A stretch of DNA of 64,000 bases. It comes from Chloropicon primus (lineage: Eukaryota). The stretch is from contig CP060761.1 of NCBI GenBank assembly GCA_023205875.1, forward strand, positions 1-64,000, given 5' to 3'. The notes under the pieces are model-generated. The model searched no databases. It was not told the origin of the DNA and saw only the letters and a list, made by a program, of their open reading frames with translations. Within the stretch, counting starts at the first letter, position 1. The number at the start of each line of letters is the position of its first letter. Positions 37,390 to 46,097 of this stretch are shown one piece after another. The translations under genes and the position numbers were made by a program.

Positions 37390-37920
37390 CTAGTGAAGAC
37401 CCAACTTCATTTCGAACCAGGGGTCCTTCCCGTGGACGACGGGGGACGGCCCGACCAGGTCAAACCCCGCCTTGAGATACAGGCCCTTGAGGCCCTCCTT
37501 GCAGATCAGGCGCACTTCCTTCACCCCGTTCTCCCCGTCGCGCCTCAGCGACTGGACGTACTCGCGGAGCATGGCGAGGGCGACCCCCTTCCGCCTGAGG
37601 GCCGGCGCCACGACCACGCTGTGCACGCAGAGGAGGCTCCCCTCTGGCTCGTGGTTCGACATTGTCTCGTGCGTCAGCTCGGTCGAGGTCGTCAGGGTCC
37701 CGTTCACGAAGCCGGCGAGGTCCCCTCCCTTCCCCCCGACACTTGTCCCGGTCGTCTCGGCCAGGACGAAAAATCTTCCTGCTTCCCTAATCCTCTTCTC
37801 AATCCCACCCCTCGTTGCCGCCTCGTCCTCTGGGTACGACGCCGCCTCCAGAGCGTAAATCTCGTCCACGTCCTTCGCCCCCGCACCCCTGTACCTCAAG
37901 CCCTCTCCCTCCCCCTCCAT
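37390..37920 (-). CDS. GNAT acetyltransferase, arylalkylamine/polyamine N-acetyltransferase (AANAT/Paa1)-like
   Basis: DVDEIYALEAASYPEDEAA, GFVNGT, acetyl-CoA-binding motif LCVHSVVVAPALRRKGVA, LICKEGLKGLYLKAGF and HGKDPWFEM are typical of the AANAT/Paa1 group. The N-terminus could extend upstream. Confidence 0.8.
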   Translation of the reverse strand: MEGEGEGLRYRGAGAKDVDEIYALEAASYPEDEAATRGGIEKRIREAGRFFVLAETTGTSVGGKGGDLAGFVNGTLTTSTELTHETMSNHEPEGSLLCVHSVVVAPALRRKGVALAMLREYVQSLRRDGENGVKEVRLICKEGLKGLYLKAGFDLVGPSPVVHGKDPWFEMKLGLH

Positions 37921-37931
37921 TCCGTTGTGGC

Positions 37932-37963
<32 letters not shown>

Positions 37964-38216
37964 ATGATGTTGCTGATGGGATCAATTCCCTTTCAAAAGT
38001 CTTGGTGGTTTGTTCGGTGACCGTGCAAACCAGATACCCGAAAGGTCTGAAGCGGACCCCTACGTCCCTGGCCCGTCCTCCCTCCCCTCGCCGTGCCGTG
38101 CCGTGCCGTGTCTTGGCCTCGCCCAAGTCCAAGTCCAAGTCCGAGTCCAAGCGGGAAGCCTTCTTTCCCGGGAAAAAAACAGCATAAAAGAGAGGAGCAG
38201 AGGAGGAGGAGGAGGC

Positions 38217-39251
38217 ATGGGTCGGAACAACAGGAACTACAACAACAACAGGAGGGGAGGAGGAGGAAGACAAGGGGGAGGGAATGTGTCCAACTCCTTT
38301 GGCTTCGGTGGTGGAGGAGGAGGAAGACAAGGGGGAGGGAGCGTGTCCAACTCCTTTGGCTTCGGTGGAGGAGGAGGGGGCTCGAACAACAGGTATAACA
38401 ACAACAATAACAACAACAACAACAACAACAAGTATAACGGCAACAGGAGCCGAGGGTACGACAAGAGCAGCAGGGGTGGAGGGAGGGACGGGGGAGGGAA
38501 CGTTTCTGGGTCGTTTGGCTTCGGTGGAGGGGGTGGTTCCTCGCGATTAGGGCCACCAACCAACAGCTACAACAACAACAACTATAGCAGCAGCAGCAGC
38601 AGCAGCAACCGGTACAACAACAACAACAACAACAACAATGGAGGGAGGGGGAACCACTTTGGAGGTGGGGGGAACCGGGGAGGTGGAGGAGGACCCAGCA
38701 ACAGCTTTGGGTTCGGAGGGGGGGGGGGCTCGCAGGGAGCGGCACCGACCAACTACAACTACAACAATAGCAACTACAGCGGGGGGAGGACGAGCAACTT
38801 TGGGGGTGGGAGTGGTTGGGGGGGAGGGGGAGGAGGCCCCAGCAACAGCTTTGGGTTCGGAGGGGGTGGGGGCTCTCAGGGAGTCGCGCCCATGAACAAC
38901 AGCAGCAGCGGCGGCTTCAACAACGGGGGGGGGGCGAGCAACTTTGGCGGGGGGAGCGGCTTCGGAGGCGGCTTCGGAGGCGGCGGCGCGAGCGGAGGAT
39001 TCCAACCGCAGCAGCAGCAATTCGGGGGAGGGGGCACGCATAACGGATTCGGGCAGCAGCCCAAAGTGGACGTGCCCAAGGTGGAGCAGCTTGTTGCCTC
39101 CACGGACATTGAGATCAACAAAGATGCCGGCAGCAGCGCCAGTGCCGCCAGTGCCAGCGCCACCAGCAATCATGACCAGGACTGGCTCAAGCCCTCCTTC
39201 AACATGGGGGAGATTCCTGAAATTCCACCTCCGCAGAACCTTTGTTACTAG
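38217..39251 (+). CDS. FG-repeat nucleoporin, Nup42/CG1 (NUPL2)-like
   Basis: First ATG in frame at 38217. Gly/Asn-rich low-complexity chain with repeated SNSFGFGGGG and NFGGG units. The C-terminus DWLKPSFNMGEIPEIPPPQNLCY matches the Gle1-binding C-terminal motif of Nup42/CG1 (F-x-x-G-x-I/V-P-x-x-P-P-P). Confidence 0.7.
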   Translation: MGRNNRNYNNNRRGGGGRQGGGNVSNSFGFGGGGGGRQGGGSVSNSFGFGGGGGGSNNRYNNNNNNNNNNNKYNGNRSRGYDKSSRGGGRDGGGNVSGSFGFGGGGGSSRLGPPTNSYNNNNYSSSSSSSNRYNNNNNNNNGGRGNHFGGGGNRGGGGGPSNSFGFGGGGGSQGAAPTNYNYNNSNYSGGRTSNFGGGSGWGGGGGGPSNSFGFGGGGGSQGVAPMNNSSSGGFNNGGGASNFGGGSGFGGGFGGGGASGGFQPQQQQFGGGGTHNGFGQQPKVDVPKVEQLVASTDIEINKDAGSSASAASASATSNHDQDWLKPSFNMGEIPEIPPPQNLCY

Positions 39252-39305
39252 CGGCCCCGTAAACTAACTTTACATTGTGTTTTTATTGCAACATCATTCT
39301 CATCG

Positions 39306-41609
39306 TCACTTGTCTGCGAGGACCCAAGGCGTGCTTGTGGCCGCGGCCACGAACGAGTACACGTCCGCGTTCTGCTGGATCACTTTTTTGGTGGGCTTTC
39401 CTGCGCCGTGGCCCGCCCTCGTCTCGATCCGAGCGACCAGGGGATTCGTCTGCACGGGCTCCTCGCCGTTCTCCAGAATGCTTAGAATTTGTTGGTACTG
39501 GAGCTCCGCGATGAATTTCAGGGAGTGCAGGGGCACCACCCTGTCGTCGTGATCACCGGTAAGGACCATCGTGGCCGGATAAGTCACCTCCGAGCCGCTG
39601 GGCACGTTGTGCAAGGGCGAGTACTTCACGATGTACTCGAACATCTCGTCGCTGTCTTCGCTGTTGCCAAAGTCCGTGCACCACGCGTGGCCGATCGTGA
39701 ACCTCTGGAATTTGAGCATGTCCATTACCCCGACGTGTGCAATACCACACGCAAAGAGATCAGGACGCTGGTTGAGACATGCGCCCACCAATAGTCCTCC
39801 GTTGGAGCCGCCCTCTATCGCGAGCTTGTCCTCCGCGCAGTAGCCTTCCCGAATGAGAAACTCACCACACGACTGAAAGTCGTCGAAGACGTTTTGTTTC
39901 TGAAGTCCCACGCCGGCCTTGTGCCACTCCTCCCCGAATTCCCCTCCTCCCCTCAAGTTCGCAATGGCGACGACGCCGCCGAACCCCAGGATGTAGCTCA
40001 ATCTGCTGGCGGAGAAGCTCGGAGTCAGCGAAATATTGAAGCCTCCGTAGCCGTAGAGAAGCGCAGCGCCCTTTGGGCTCTCCCCCCTCAGCTCGCCCAC
40101 CGCCCCCTTGGTTCCGACGACGAACATCGGGACCCTTGTCCCGTCCTTGCTTTTGACAAAGACTTGCTCGGTGACCAGATCTTCTGGTTTGTACGCCGGG
40201 CAGTTTAGCTCCGTTTCCTTGAAGACCTCGACTTTGCATGACGATCCAGAGACGTCAAGCCTGAAGATTGAGCCGGGGGAGGTGAAGGAAGTGAATTTCA
40301 CAAAGGCCTCGTCGTCATCCGCGTTTCCCGTGAAGCCCGCAACCGAACCGACAGGAAGCTCGTCCAAACTACGCTTGAGCTCTCCGGTGCCGCTCGAACG
40401 GTGCTGCAAGATGTGCCGAGCGTTGTGCAAGTAACAGGTGACCAAGTTGCCGCCTTTCATGGCAGAAACCCACTCGAGGACGTCCGCTGGGTCTTCGGGG
40501 ATCAGAGTTTCCCAAGCCTCGGGCGTCCCAAAATTGGTCTTGTCCGCGACATCGACTCTCAGGACCTTGGATCGGGGAGCCTTGTGGTTCGTCTTGAACA
40601 CGAAAGCGCTGCCATCGTTACTGACGTACTCGTACTCCGCCTCAAAATCATCAATCACGGCGATGGCGTCCGCAAAGGTTGAGCCCTGCGGCAATGCCAG
40701 GTCCTCAGCAAGAGGCAAGAGGTGCAGCTGGTTGACGGCGTCGCAACCTTTGCAGATGGTTAGGACGGCCCACCTCCCGTCATCGCTGATTTCTGCGCCC
40801 ATCATGTACTGGCTCTCTTCGCCCTTCGCCTCCCAGATGAGTGCGTCGTCCTTTTGGTTAGAACCAACCCTGTGGTACATGAGGCGCTGGTTCTCGTTGC
40901 TGCCGGTTTCCGTACCGGCCTTGTCCAACGAGACCGAAGGCTCAGGGTACGAGTTGTAGAAGAATCCTTTGTTGTCGTGGGTCCACGCCAAGGAAGAAAA
41001 CTTGACCCACATCAGCTTGTCCTCCATCTCCACGGGCTTTCCCCCGTCTTCTATTCCCAGCACCCTGACCTCCTTCCAGTCGCTCCCCCCGCTGCTGAGG
41101 GCGTAGGCCAGCAGCTTCCCGTCCTTGGTGAAGCTGGCCGAGCTCAGCGAGACGGTTCCGTCGTCACTGAGCTGGTTGGGATCGATCACCACTTGCGAGG
41201 TCTCGTCCATTCTTTTCGGATCGACGGCGCCAGACTGGGAGTAGAGCACAGACTGAGCCTGGAGACCCGTGTTGTGATAGTAGAACACCAAGTCCCCCTT
41301 CTTCCTCGGCGCCGTCGTCTTGGGGTAGTCCATGAGCGTGGTCATCAGCTCAGTGTAGTCGGCACGACCCGGACACTCCTCGAGAACTTGTTCTGTAAGC
41401 TTGTTCTGCTCCCGGACGAACTCCTTGCAGATGTCTGCCTCGGGATCTTCGAGCTCGTGGAAGACATCTAATACTTTCTTTCCTGGCCTCGGCTCGAAGT
41501 ACGTCTCCCCTCGGCATGGCGTTTTGGGATACATCCTGGGGTCGACCTTGAGGCCTCCCCTCTTCGCCCCCAGCCTCTGCACCTTCTTCGGCACCTGGCC
41601 CTGCATCAT
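39306..41609 (-). CDS. PREP: Prolyl oligopeptidase (S9A)
   Basis: NTGLQAQSVLY, DPNQLSDDGTVSL, SSGGSDW, LYGYGGFNIS, NLRGGGEFGEEWH, catalytic Ser in GGSNGGLL, Asp in DHDDRV and His in AGHGAGKP. Confidence 0.95.
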   Translation of the reverse strand: MMQGQVPKKVQRLGAKRGGLKVDPRMYPKTPCRGETYFEPRPGKKVLDVFHELEDPEADICKEFVREQNKLTEQVLEECPGRADYTELMTTLMDYPKTTAPRKKGDLVFYYHNTGLQAQSVLYSQSGAVDPKRMDETSQVVIDPNQLSDDGTVSLSSASFTKDGKLLAYALSSGGSDWKEVRVLGIEDGGKPVEMEDKLMWVKFSSLAWTHDNKGFFYNSYPEPSVSLDKAGTETGSNENQRLMYHRVGSNQKDDALIWEAKGEESQYMMGAEISDDGRWAVLTICKGCDAVNQLHLLPLAEDLALPQGSTFADAIAVIDDFEAEYEYVSNDGSAFVFKTNHKAPRSKVLRVDVADKTNFGTPEAWETLIPEDPADVLEWVSAMKGGNLVTCYLHNARHILQHRSSGTGELKRSLDELPVGSVAGFTGNADDDEAFVKFTSFTSPGSIFRLDVSGSSCKVEVFKETELNCPAYKPEDLVTEQVFVKSKDGTRVPMFVVGTKGAVGELRGESPKGAALLYGYGGFNISLTPSFSASRLSYILGFGGVVAIANLRGGGEFGEEWHKAGVGLQKQNVFDDFQSCGEFLIREGYCAEDKLAIEGGSNGGLLVGACLNQRPDLFACGIAHVGVMDMLKFQRFTIGHAWCTDFGNSEDSDEMFEYIVKYSPLHNVPSGSEVTYPATMVLTGDHDDRVVPLHSLKFIAELQYQQILSILENGEEPVQTNPLVARIETRAGHGAGKPTKKVIQQNADVYSFVAAATSTPWVLADK

Positions 41610-41916
41610 ATGATCGATCGACGATATGGTATGGCGTCCGAGCCCACACCCTCCGCTGCTGTGACAGCCACAAAATTATCGGGTTTGCTTGCTGGAAGGA
41701 GGGGATTGGAGGGAAATGAAATGAAACGGATGTCCCTCTGATTCGCCTTGGGTTGCTTTTCTGAAACCACACACACACACAAACACACACACAAGCACAC
41801 ACAACTTTTGTCTAATTTTTGTCCCCCTCCAGAACAAGAGAACTTCTCGGAACGGCCCCGGCGGAGTCGTCATCATCGGCGTCGGGTTCGTAAATAATAA
41901 TATGGATTGAATGATT

Positions 41917-43164
41917 TCAGTGGAAGAAGAGGTGCTTGCTCACGAGGCCTTCCCTCTTGGCGTCCAGCCAGAGCTCCTTGGGGACATGGGATCCGAGGGA
42001 GCCCAAGCTCTCCTTGAGCTCGGCCACGGACTTGACCCCGATGGCGACCTTCTTGACGCACTTTGGGAGGAAGGCGAAGGCCAGGGCCACCGCGGCGATG
42101 CTCGTGCCGTGGTTCTGGCACAGGACCCTCCACCTCCTGGCCTTGTCGACCATGGCCCTTTGGGCGGGGGCGTACCTCACCGTGTTTCCTCCCATGATGA
42201 GGCCCGAGGCGAAGACGCCGGCGTTGTGCACCTCGACGCCGTGCCTCTGGCAGTACAGGAGGAGGTCGTGGGCCGACTGGTCCAGGAGGTTCCAGCTCCC
42301 GGCGATCATCACCGTGTCTATGAGGTAGCCGCAGCTGGACTTGAGGGCCCTGAGCGCGAACTCGGGGTCGTTCACCCCGATCCCGATGCTTCCGACCTTG
42401 CCCTCCCGCTTCAGCTTCCCCAGGCCAGCGAGGGCGCCCGCTGCCTTGCCGGTCGCGGTGGCCCTCGCCAGAATCTCCTCCGTCTCGCAGTCGTGGACCC
42501 GCAGGCCGTACACGTGGCCGTCGATCCTCTCCTCGCTCTCCTTGAAGCTGGTTCTGGCGCCCTCCGCGGAGTAATCCAGAACCGCCACGCGGTCCTCCGG
42601 GATGCCCTTGAAGATGCAGCCCTCGCTACCCGCGACGTTGTCCCACTGCACTTCCGACTCGTCTATGGTTTTGCCCACCTCGCCCCTGCCCCGGATCAGC
42701 CGACCCACCTTGGTGTACACCTTCACCTTCTCGGCCTTCCTGGTCAAGGAGTTGGGCATCATCCGGATCTTCCGCAGGCAGGACCCGATCCTCTCCTCGC
42801 TCAGCCCGAGGCCGTAGTGCGGCGCGGTGTCGATGTGGCACACCCCGCAGTCCAGGGCCTCCTTGAGAACCAGGAAGACCTCCTCCTCCGAGATGGGCTG
42901 GAACATTCCGGCGAAGGCCGAACCCCCGAGAAGAATGTCCTTGGCCTCCAGGAGGTCGCCCTTGCCCTTGCTCGTGCCCCTAAGCTGCAGCCGGTTGAAC
43001 CGCGCCACCATCGACCTCACACATTTCACGGCGATCGCCCCGCACAGCAACACCAACCCTGCCTTGCTCGCCGCATCCTCCAACAGAGGAGCCGTTTTCG
43101 ACACCAGGGCACTGCGGGCCTCCCCGACCTCCTCCTCCTCCCCTTCCCTCGCCTCGTCTCCCAT
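41917..43164 (-). CDS. Aldo-keto reductase (D-threo-aldose/L-fucose/L-galactose dehydrogenase-like)
   Basis: IDTAPHYGLGLSEERIG, YTKVGR, DYSAEG, RVHD (D-Y-K-H tetrad), GKVGSIGIG and AGVFASG. First ATG is at 43164; the ORF-track start at 43308 is GTG. Confidence 0.88.
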   Translation of the reverse strand: MGDEAREGEEEEVGEARSALVSKTAPLLEDAASKAGLVLLCGAIAVKCVRSMVARFNRLQLRGTSKGKGDLLEAKDILLGGSAFAGMFQPISEEEVFLVLKEALDCGVCHIDTAPHYGLGLSEERIGSCLRKIRMMPNSLTRKAEKVKVYTKVGRLIRGRGEVGKTIDESEVQWDNVAGSEGCIFKGIPEDRVAVLDYSAEGARTSFKESEERIDGHVYGLRVHDCETEEILARATATGKAAGALAGLGKLKREGKVGSIGIGVNDPEFALRALKSSCGYLIDTVMIAGSWNLLDQSAHDLLLYCQRHGVEVHNAGVFASGLIMGGNTVRYAPAQRAMVDKARRWRVLCQNHGTSIAAVALAFAFLPKCVKKVAIGVKSVAELKESLGSLGSHVPKELWLDAKREGLVSKHLFFH

Positions 43165-43590
43165 GCCCCTGTGCTTCCGCTGAGCGCGAAGAACCCCAGT
43201 CAACCTCTGACCAACGCAATGCAACGTGCCCCCCTCTCCCTGTCCTGGTGTTCCTGTTTGTGTGTTGCCTTCCTCTTCCTCTTCCTCACTCCCGCCTCCT
43301 CTCGTCACCCATTAAGCCAGCCCTCGTCCTGGCGTCTCGTCCCTGTTCCCAACCCAATCCAATCCAATCCACAATCCACAACCCGCCCCCTCGTCCTCGT
43401 CGCTCTGTCGTCGTCGCTCGTCGCTCTGTCGTCGTCGCTGTCGTCGTCTCCTCTCTTATCTTTTATCTTGGTTGATCTTCAACGAGAGCCACCCATTGCA
43501 GGGGAGCGCCTCATAACGCACCGCCGAACACAAACAACGAGCGACGAGCGACGAGCGACGAGCGACGAGGGGGGACGAGGAGGAGAGAAC

Positions 43591-44832
43591 ATGAGGCAGG
43601 ACCCCTGCCGGCGGTGCCAGGGGAGGACGCACCCCGCCGCAACAAACACCACGGCGTTGAGGAGGAGGACGACGAGGACGACGACGAGGACGAGGAGGAG
43701 GAGGGAGGTGTGCAGAGGGGGGAGGGAGGGGGGGGAGGACGCCTCCGCCGCCACGACGACCGCCACGACGACCGCCGCCACGAGGACGACGAGGGGGAAA
43801 GGACTGGAGGGTTGTCCGTGGGTGAAGGGGGTGAGGGTGCTGGGGTGCGGGAGCAAAGTGCCGAACAGGATTGTCACGAACACGGACCTCGAGAGGCTGG
43901 TGGAGACGAACGACGAGTGGATCCGGACGAGGACGGGGATCTGCGAGAGGAGGGTGCTGGGGGAGGGGGAGGATCTGTCGTCTCTCGCGGCGGAGGCGGC
44001 GAGGGAGGCACTGAAGGCGTCCGGGGTCGCGCCCGAGGAGCTCGACCTCATCATCCTGGCGACCTCCTCGTCGGACGACCTGTTCGGGAGCGCGTGCAGC
44101 GTGCAGGCGGCCCTCGGGGCGCCCCAGGCGGCCTGCTTCGATCTCACGAGCGCCTGCAGCGGCTTCGTGGTCGGGCTCATCACGGGGGCCCAGTACATCA
44201 GGAGCGGCGCCTACGGCAAGATCCTCGTGGTGGGGGCGGACGCCCTCAGTCGCTTCGTGGACTGGACGGACAGGAATACTTGCATTCTCTTCGGGGACGG
44301 GTGCGGGGCCTGCGTCCTGGGGGCCCAGGACCCGTCCGAGTTCGGCTGCAACCTGCTTAGTTTCCACATCGAGAGCGACGGGACGGGGAGGAAGCACCTC
44401 AACGCGGGGTTCAGCGGGTTTGGGGACAAGTCCTCCGTCGGGACTGGCGCGGAGGAGAGGGGCAAGGAAGGGTCGTACGCCAACATCTGCATGTCGGGCC
44501 AGGACGTCTTCAAGTGGGCGGTCAGGGCCGTGCCCTCCGTGGTCCAGAAAGCCGTCGAATCCAGTGACCTGAGCACGGTGGGCGACATCGACTGGCTGGT
44601 GCTCCACCAGGCCAACACCAGGATCCTGGAAAGCGCCGCGCAGAGGCTCGGAATTCCCTCGGAGAAGGTGATCTCGAACATCGACAAGTATGGGAACACG
44701 AGCGCGGCCAGCGTGCCGCTGGCTCTGGACGAGGCCGTCAAGAGCGGCCAAATCAAGAAGGGGGACGTGATCGCCACGGCCGGTTTTGGAGCAGGGTTGA
44801 CCGCGGCATCCGCCGTCTTCCTGTGGGACTAG
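43591..44832 (+). CDS. fabH: Plastid 3-oxoacyl-ACP synthase III (KAS III)
   Basis: ETNDEWIRTRTGICERR, catalytic Cys in FDLTSACSGF, ILFGDGCGA, His in LHQAN, Asn in YGNTSAASVP and GFGAGLT. The Arg/Thr-rich N-terminal extension resembles a transit peptide. Confidence 0.95.
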   Translation: MRQDPCRRCQGRTHPAATNTTALRRRTTRTTTRTRRRREVCRGGREGGEDASAATTTATTTAATRTTRGKGLEGCPWVKGVRVLGCGSKVPNRIVTNTDLERLVETNDEWIRTRTGICERRVLGEGEDLSSLAAEAAREALKASGVAPEELDLIILATSSSDDLFGSACSVQAALGAPQAACFDLTSACSGFVVGLITGAQYIRSGAYGKILVVGADALSRFVDWTDRNTCILFGDGCGACVLGAQDPSEFGCNLLSFHIESDGTGRKHLNAGFSGFGDKSSVGTGAEERGKEGSYANICMSGQDVFKWAVRAVPSVVQKAVESSDLSTVGDIDWLVLHQANTRILESAAQRLGIPSEKVISNIDKYGNTSAASVPLALDEAVKSGQIKKGDVIATAGFGAGLTAASAVFLWD

Positions 44833-44949
44833 CGAGGGACGGGGACTTGGGGAGGGACTCGGGTGCTGCACGCTGCTGACGCGGCGGGTGGTCTGAGAGT
44901 TGAGAAGTGTATTATAAAACACGAAAAAAGTCTTTTTCTCCAAGCGTTT

Positions 44950-45733
44950 TCAGATTTTGCCGAAGATGCTCTTCAGCAGGAGTTTCAAGGTCGTTCCCTT
45001 TGACCTCTTGTGCTTCCCGCCGAGCTGGTGGTGGTGCGCCTTTTCCCAGACCTTCATGTTGTGCTTCGAGGAGTCCGAGGGGCCCTCGCTGCTGTTGAAG
45101 GAGCTCCCCGACCCGATTCGGTCCAAAATTCTTTTCGTGGCTTGCACCTTTGCGAGCGGGAACTGCCTTTTCGCTCTCCTGTTGCCGAAGCGAGAGTGCT
45201 TGGGCAGCACTTTTGGCTTCTGCTTCTGCTGGCACGTGTGGACCGTCAAGCTGTCCAGGGATCTGGTGGCCGGGCGCGAGGAGTGAGTGTGAAGCAAGGT
45301 CAGGTCAGGCCGTCAGCAAAAAGGAAAAAATATCAATCATGGGGGGAGAAAACCTCTGAGCTCAGAGTGATCTCACTCACTTTGCGCTGGAGTCCGAGTC
45401 CGAGTCCGAGTCGTCCCAATCGATGTGCTTCTTCTTGCTTTTCCGGTAGGAGAACCGCTGGCGACAGACCTCCTCGGCGTCGTTCTCCAATATCGACAGG
45501 TCCACGATCGTCGTCGTCGCCACCCCCCCGCCCTCGCCGCAGCCCTCGTCCCCGTTCTCCTCCTCCTCCTCGTCGAGATAGTACCTCGGGTCCCCCTCGT
45601 CATCCACTTCGTAGATGGTCGGCGGAATCTTGAGACTGACCCTGGACTTCTTCTTCCCGTATCTCCTGTGACTCCTCCTGGACCTCCCCCCCCGGCTCCT
45701 CCCCAGCCCCCCGTACCCCAGCTCCACCACCAT
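44950..45733 (-). CDS. Hypothetical protein, 2 exons: join(45733..45381, 45262..44950), ~221 aa
   Basis: Exon 1 MVVELGYGGLGRSRGGRSRR...DSDSDSSA(K) ends at the donor AA|GTGAGT (45380). The acceptor CCACCAG| is at 45263 with a CTGAC branch-like motif upstream. Splicing joins in frame to SLDSLTVH...KSIFGKI*; total 666 nt. Confidence 0.6.
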
Positions 45734-45944
45734 ACTCCCCCCCACCGATGATGCACGACCCCTTGCCGTTGGAACCAGAGAGGAGATGTTGATGTTGTTT
45801 GTTTGTGAGAGAGGTGGAACCTTTGTGTGGAACCCGGATCCCAGGAGCGCAGCGCTCAGGACGTTCCCCTCCCTTTCCTTCGATCGACTTGGACTAGAAC
45901 TCCTCTCCTCTACTCCCTCCCCTCCCCCCTGGCGAGCGTTAATT

Positions 45945-45973
45945 CCTAAACCCTAAATTAAAACCTAAAACCT
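45945..45973 (+). promoter_or_regulatory. Telo-box-like interstitial telomere motifs upstream of eIF3d
   Basis: CCTAAACCCTAAATTAAAACCTAAAACCT contains AAACCCTAA (45948-45956) and CCTAAAA, ~125-150 bp upstream of the eIF3d ATG. Confidence 0.5.
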
Positions 45974-46097
45974 CACATTTGAGTGTACCATTTTGGGGTG
46001 GCGGCTGAGGGCGAGGAGCGGAGCGAACCCTTGGCGGTGCGCACACACACGGCGCAGAGAGAGAGACAGAGAGAGGAGAGAAGAGAAGAGGGATAGG

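Noticed and set aside
2463..43164. RiPP-like cluster (repetitive precursor + prolyl oligopeptidase + GNAT + reductase)
   Set aside because: The repeats are folded disulfide modules of a secretory-pathway membrane protein with no regular inter-repeat cleavage sites. The POP looks like an ordinary housekeeping enzyme, and the neighbours are functionally unrelated.
41911..44832. 973-aa ORF as a large FabH fusion
   Set aside because: The first ~560 codons are the antisense of the aldo-keto reductase plus intergenic microsatellites. FabH plausibly starts at ATG 43591.
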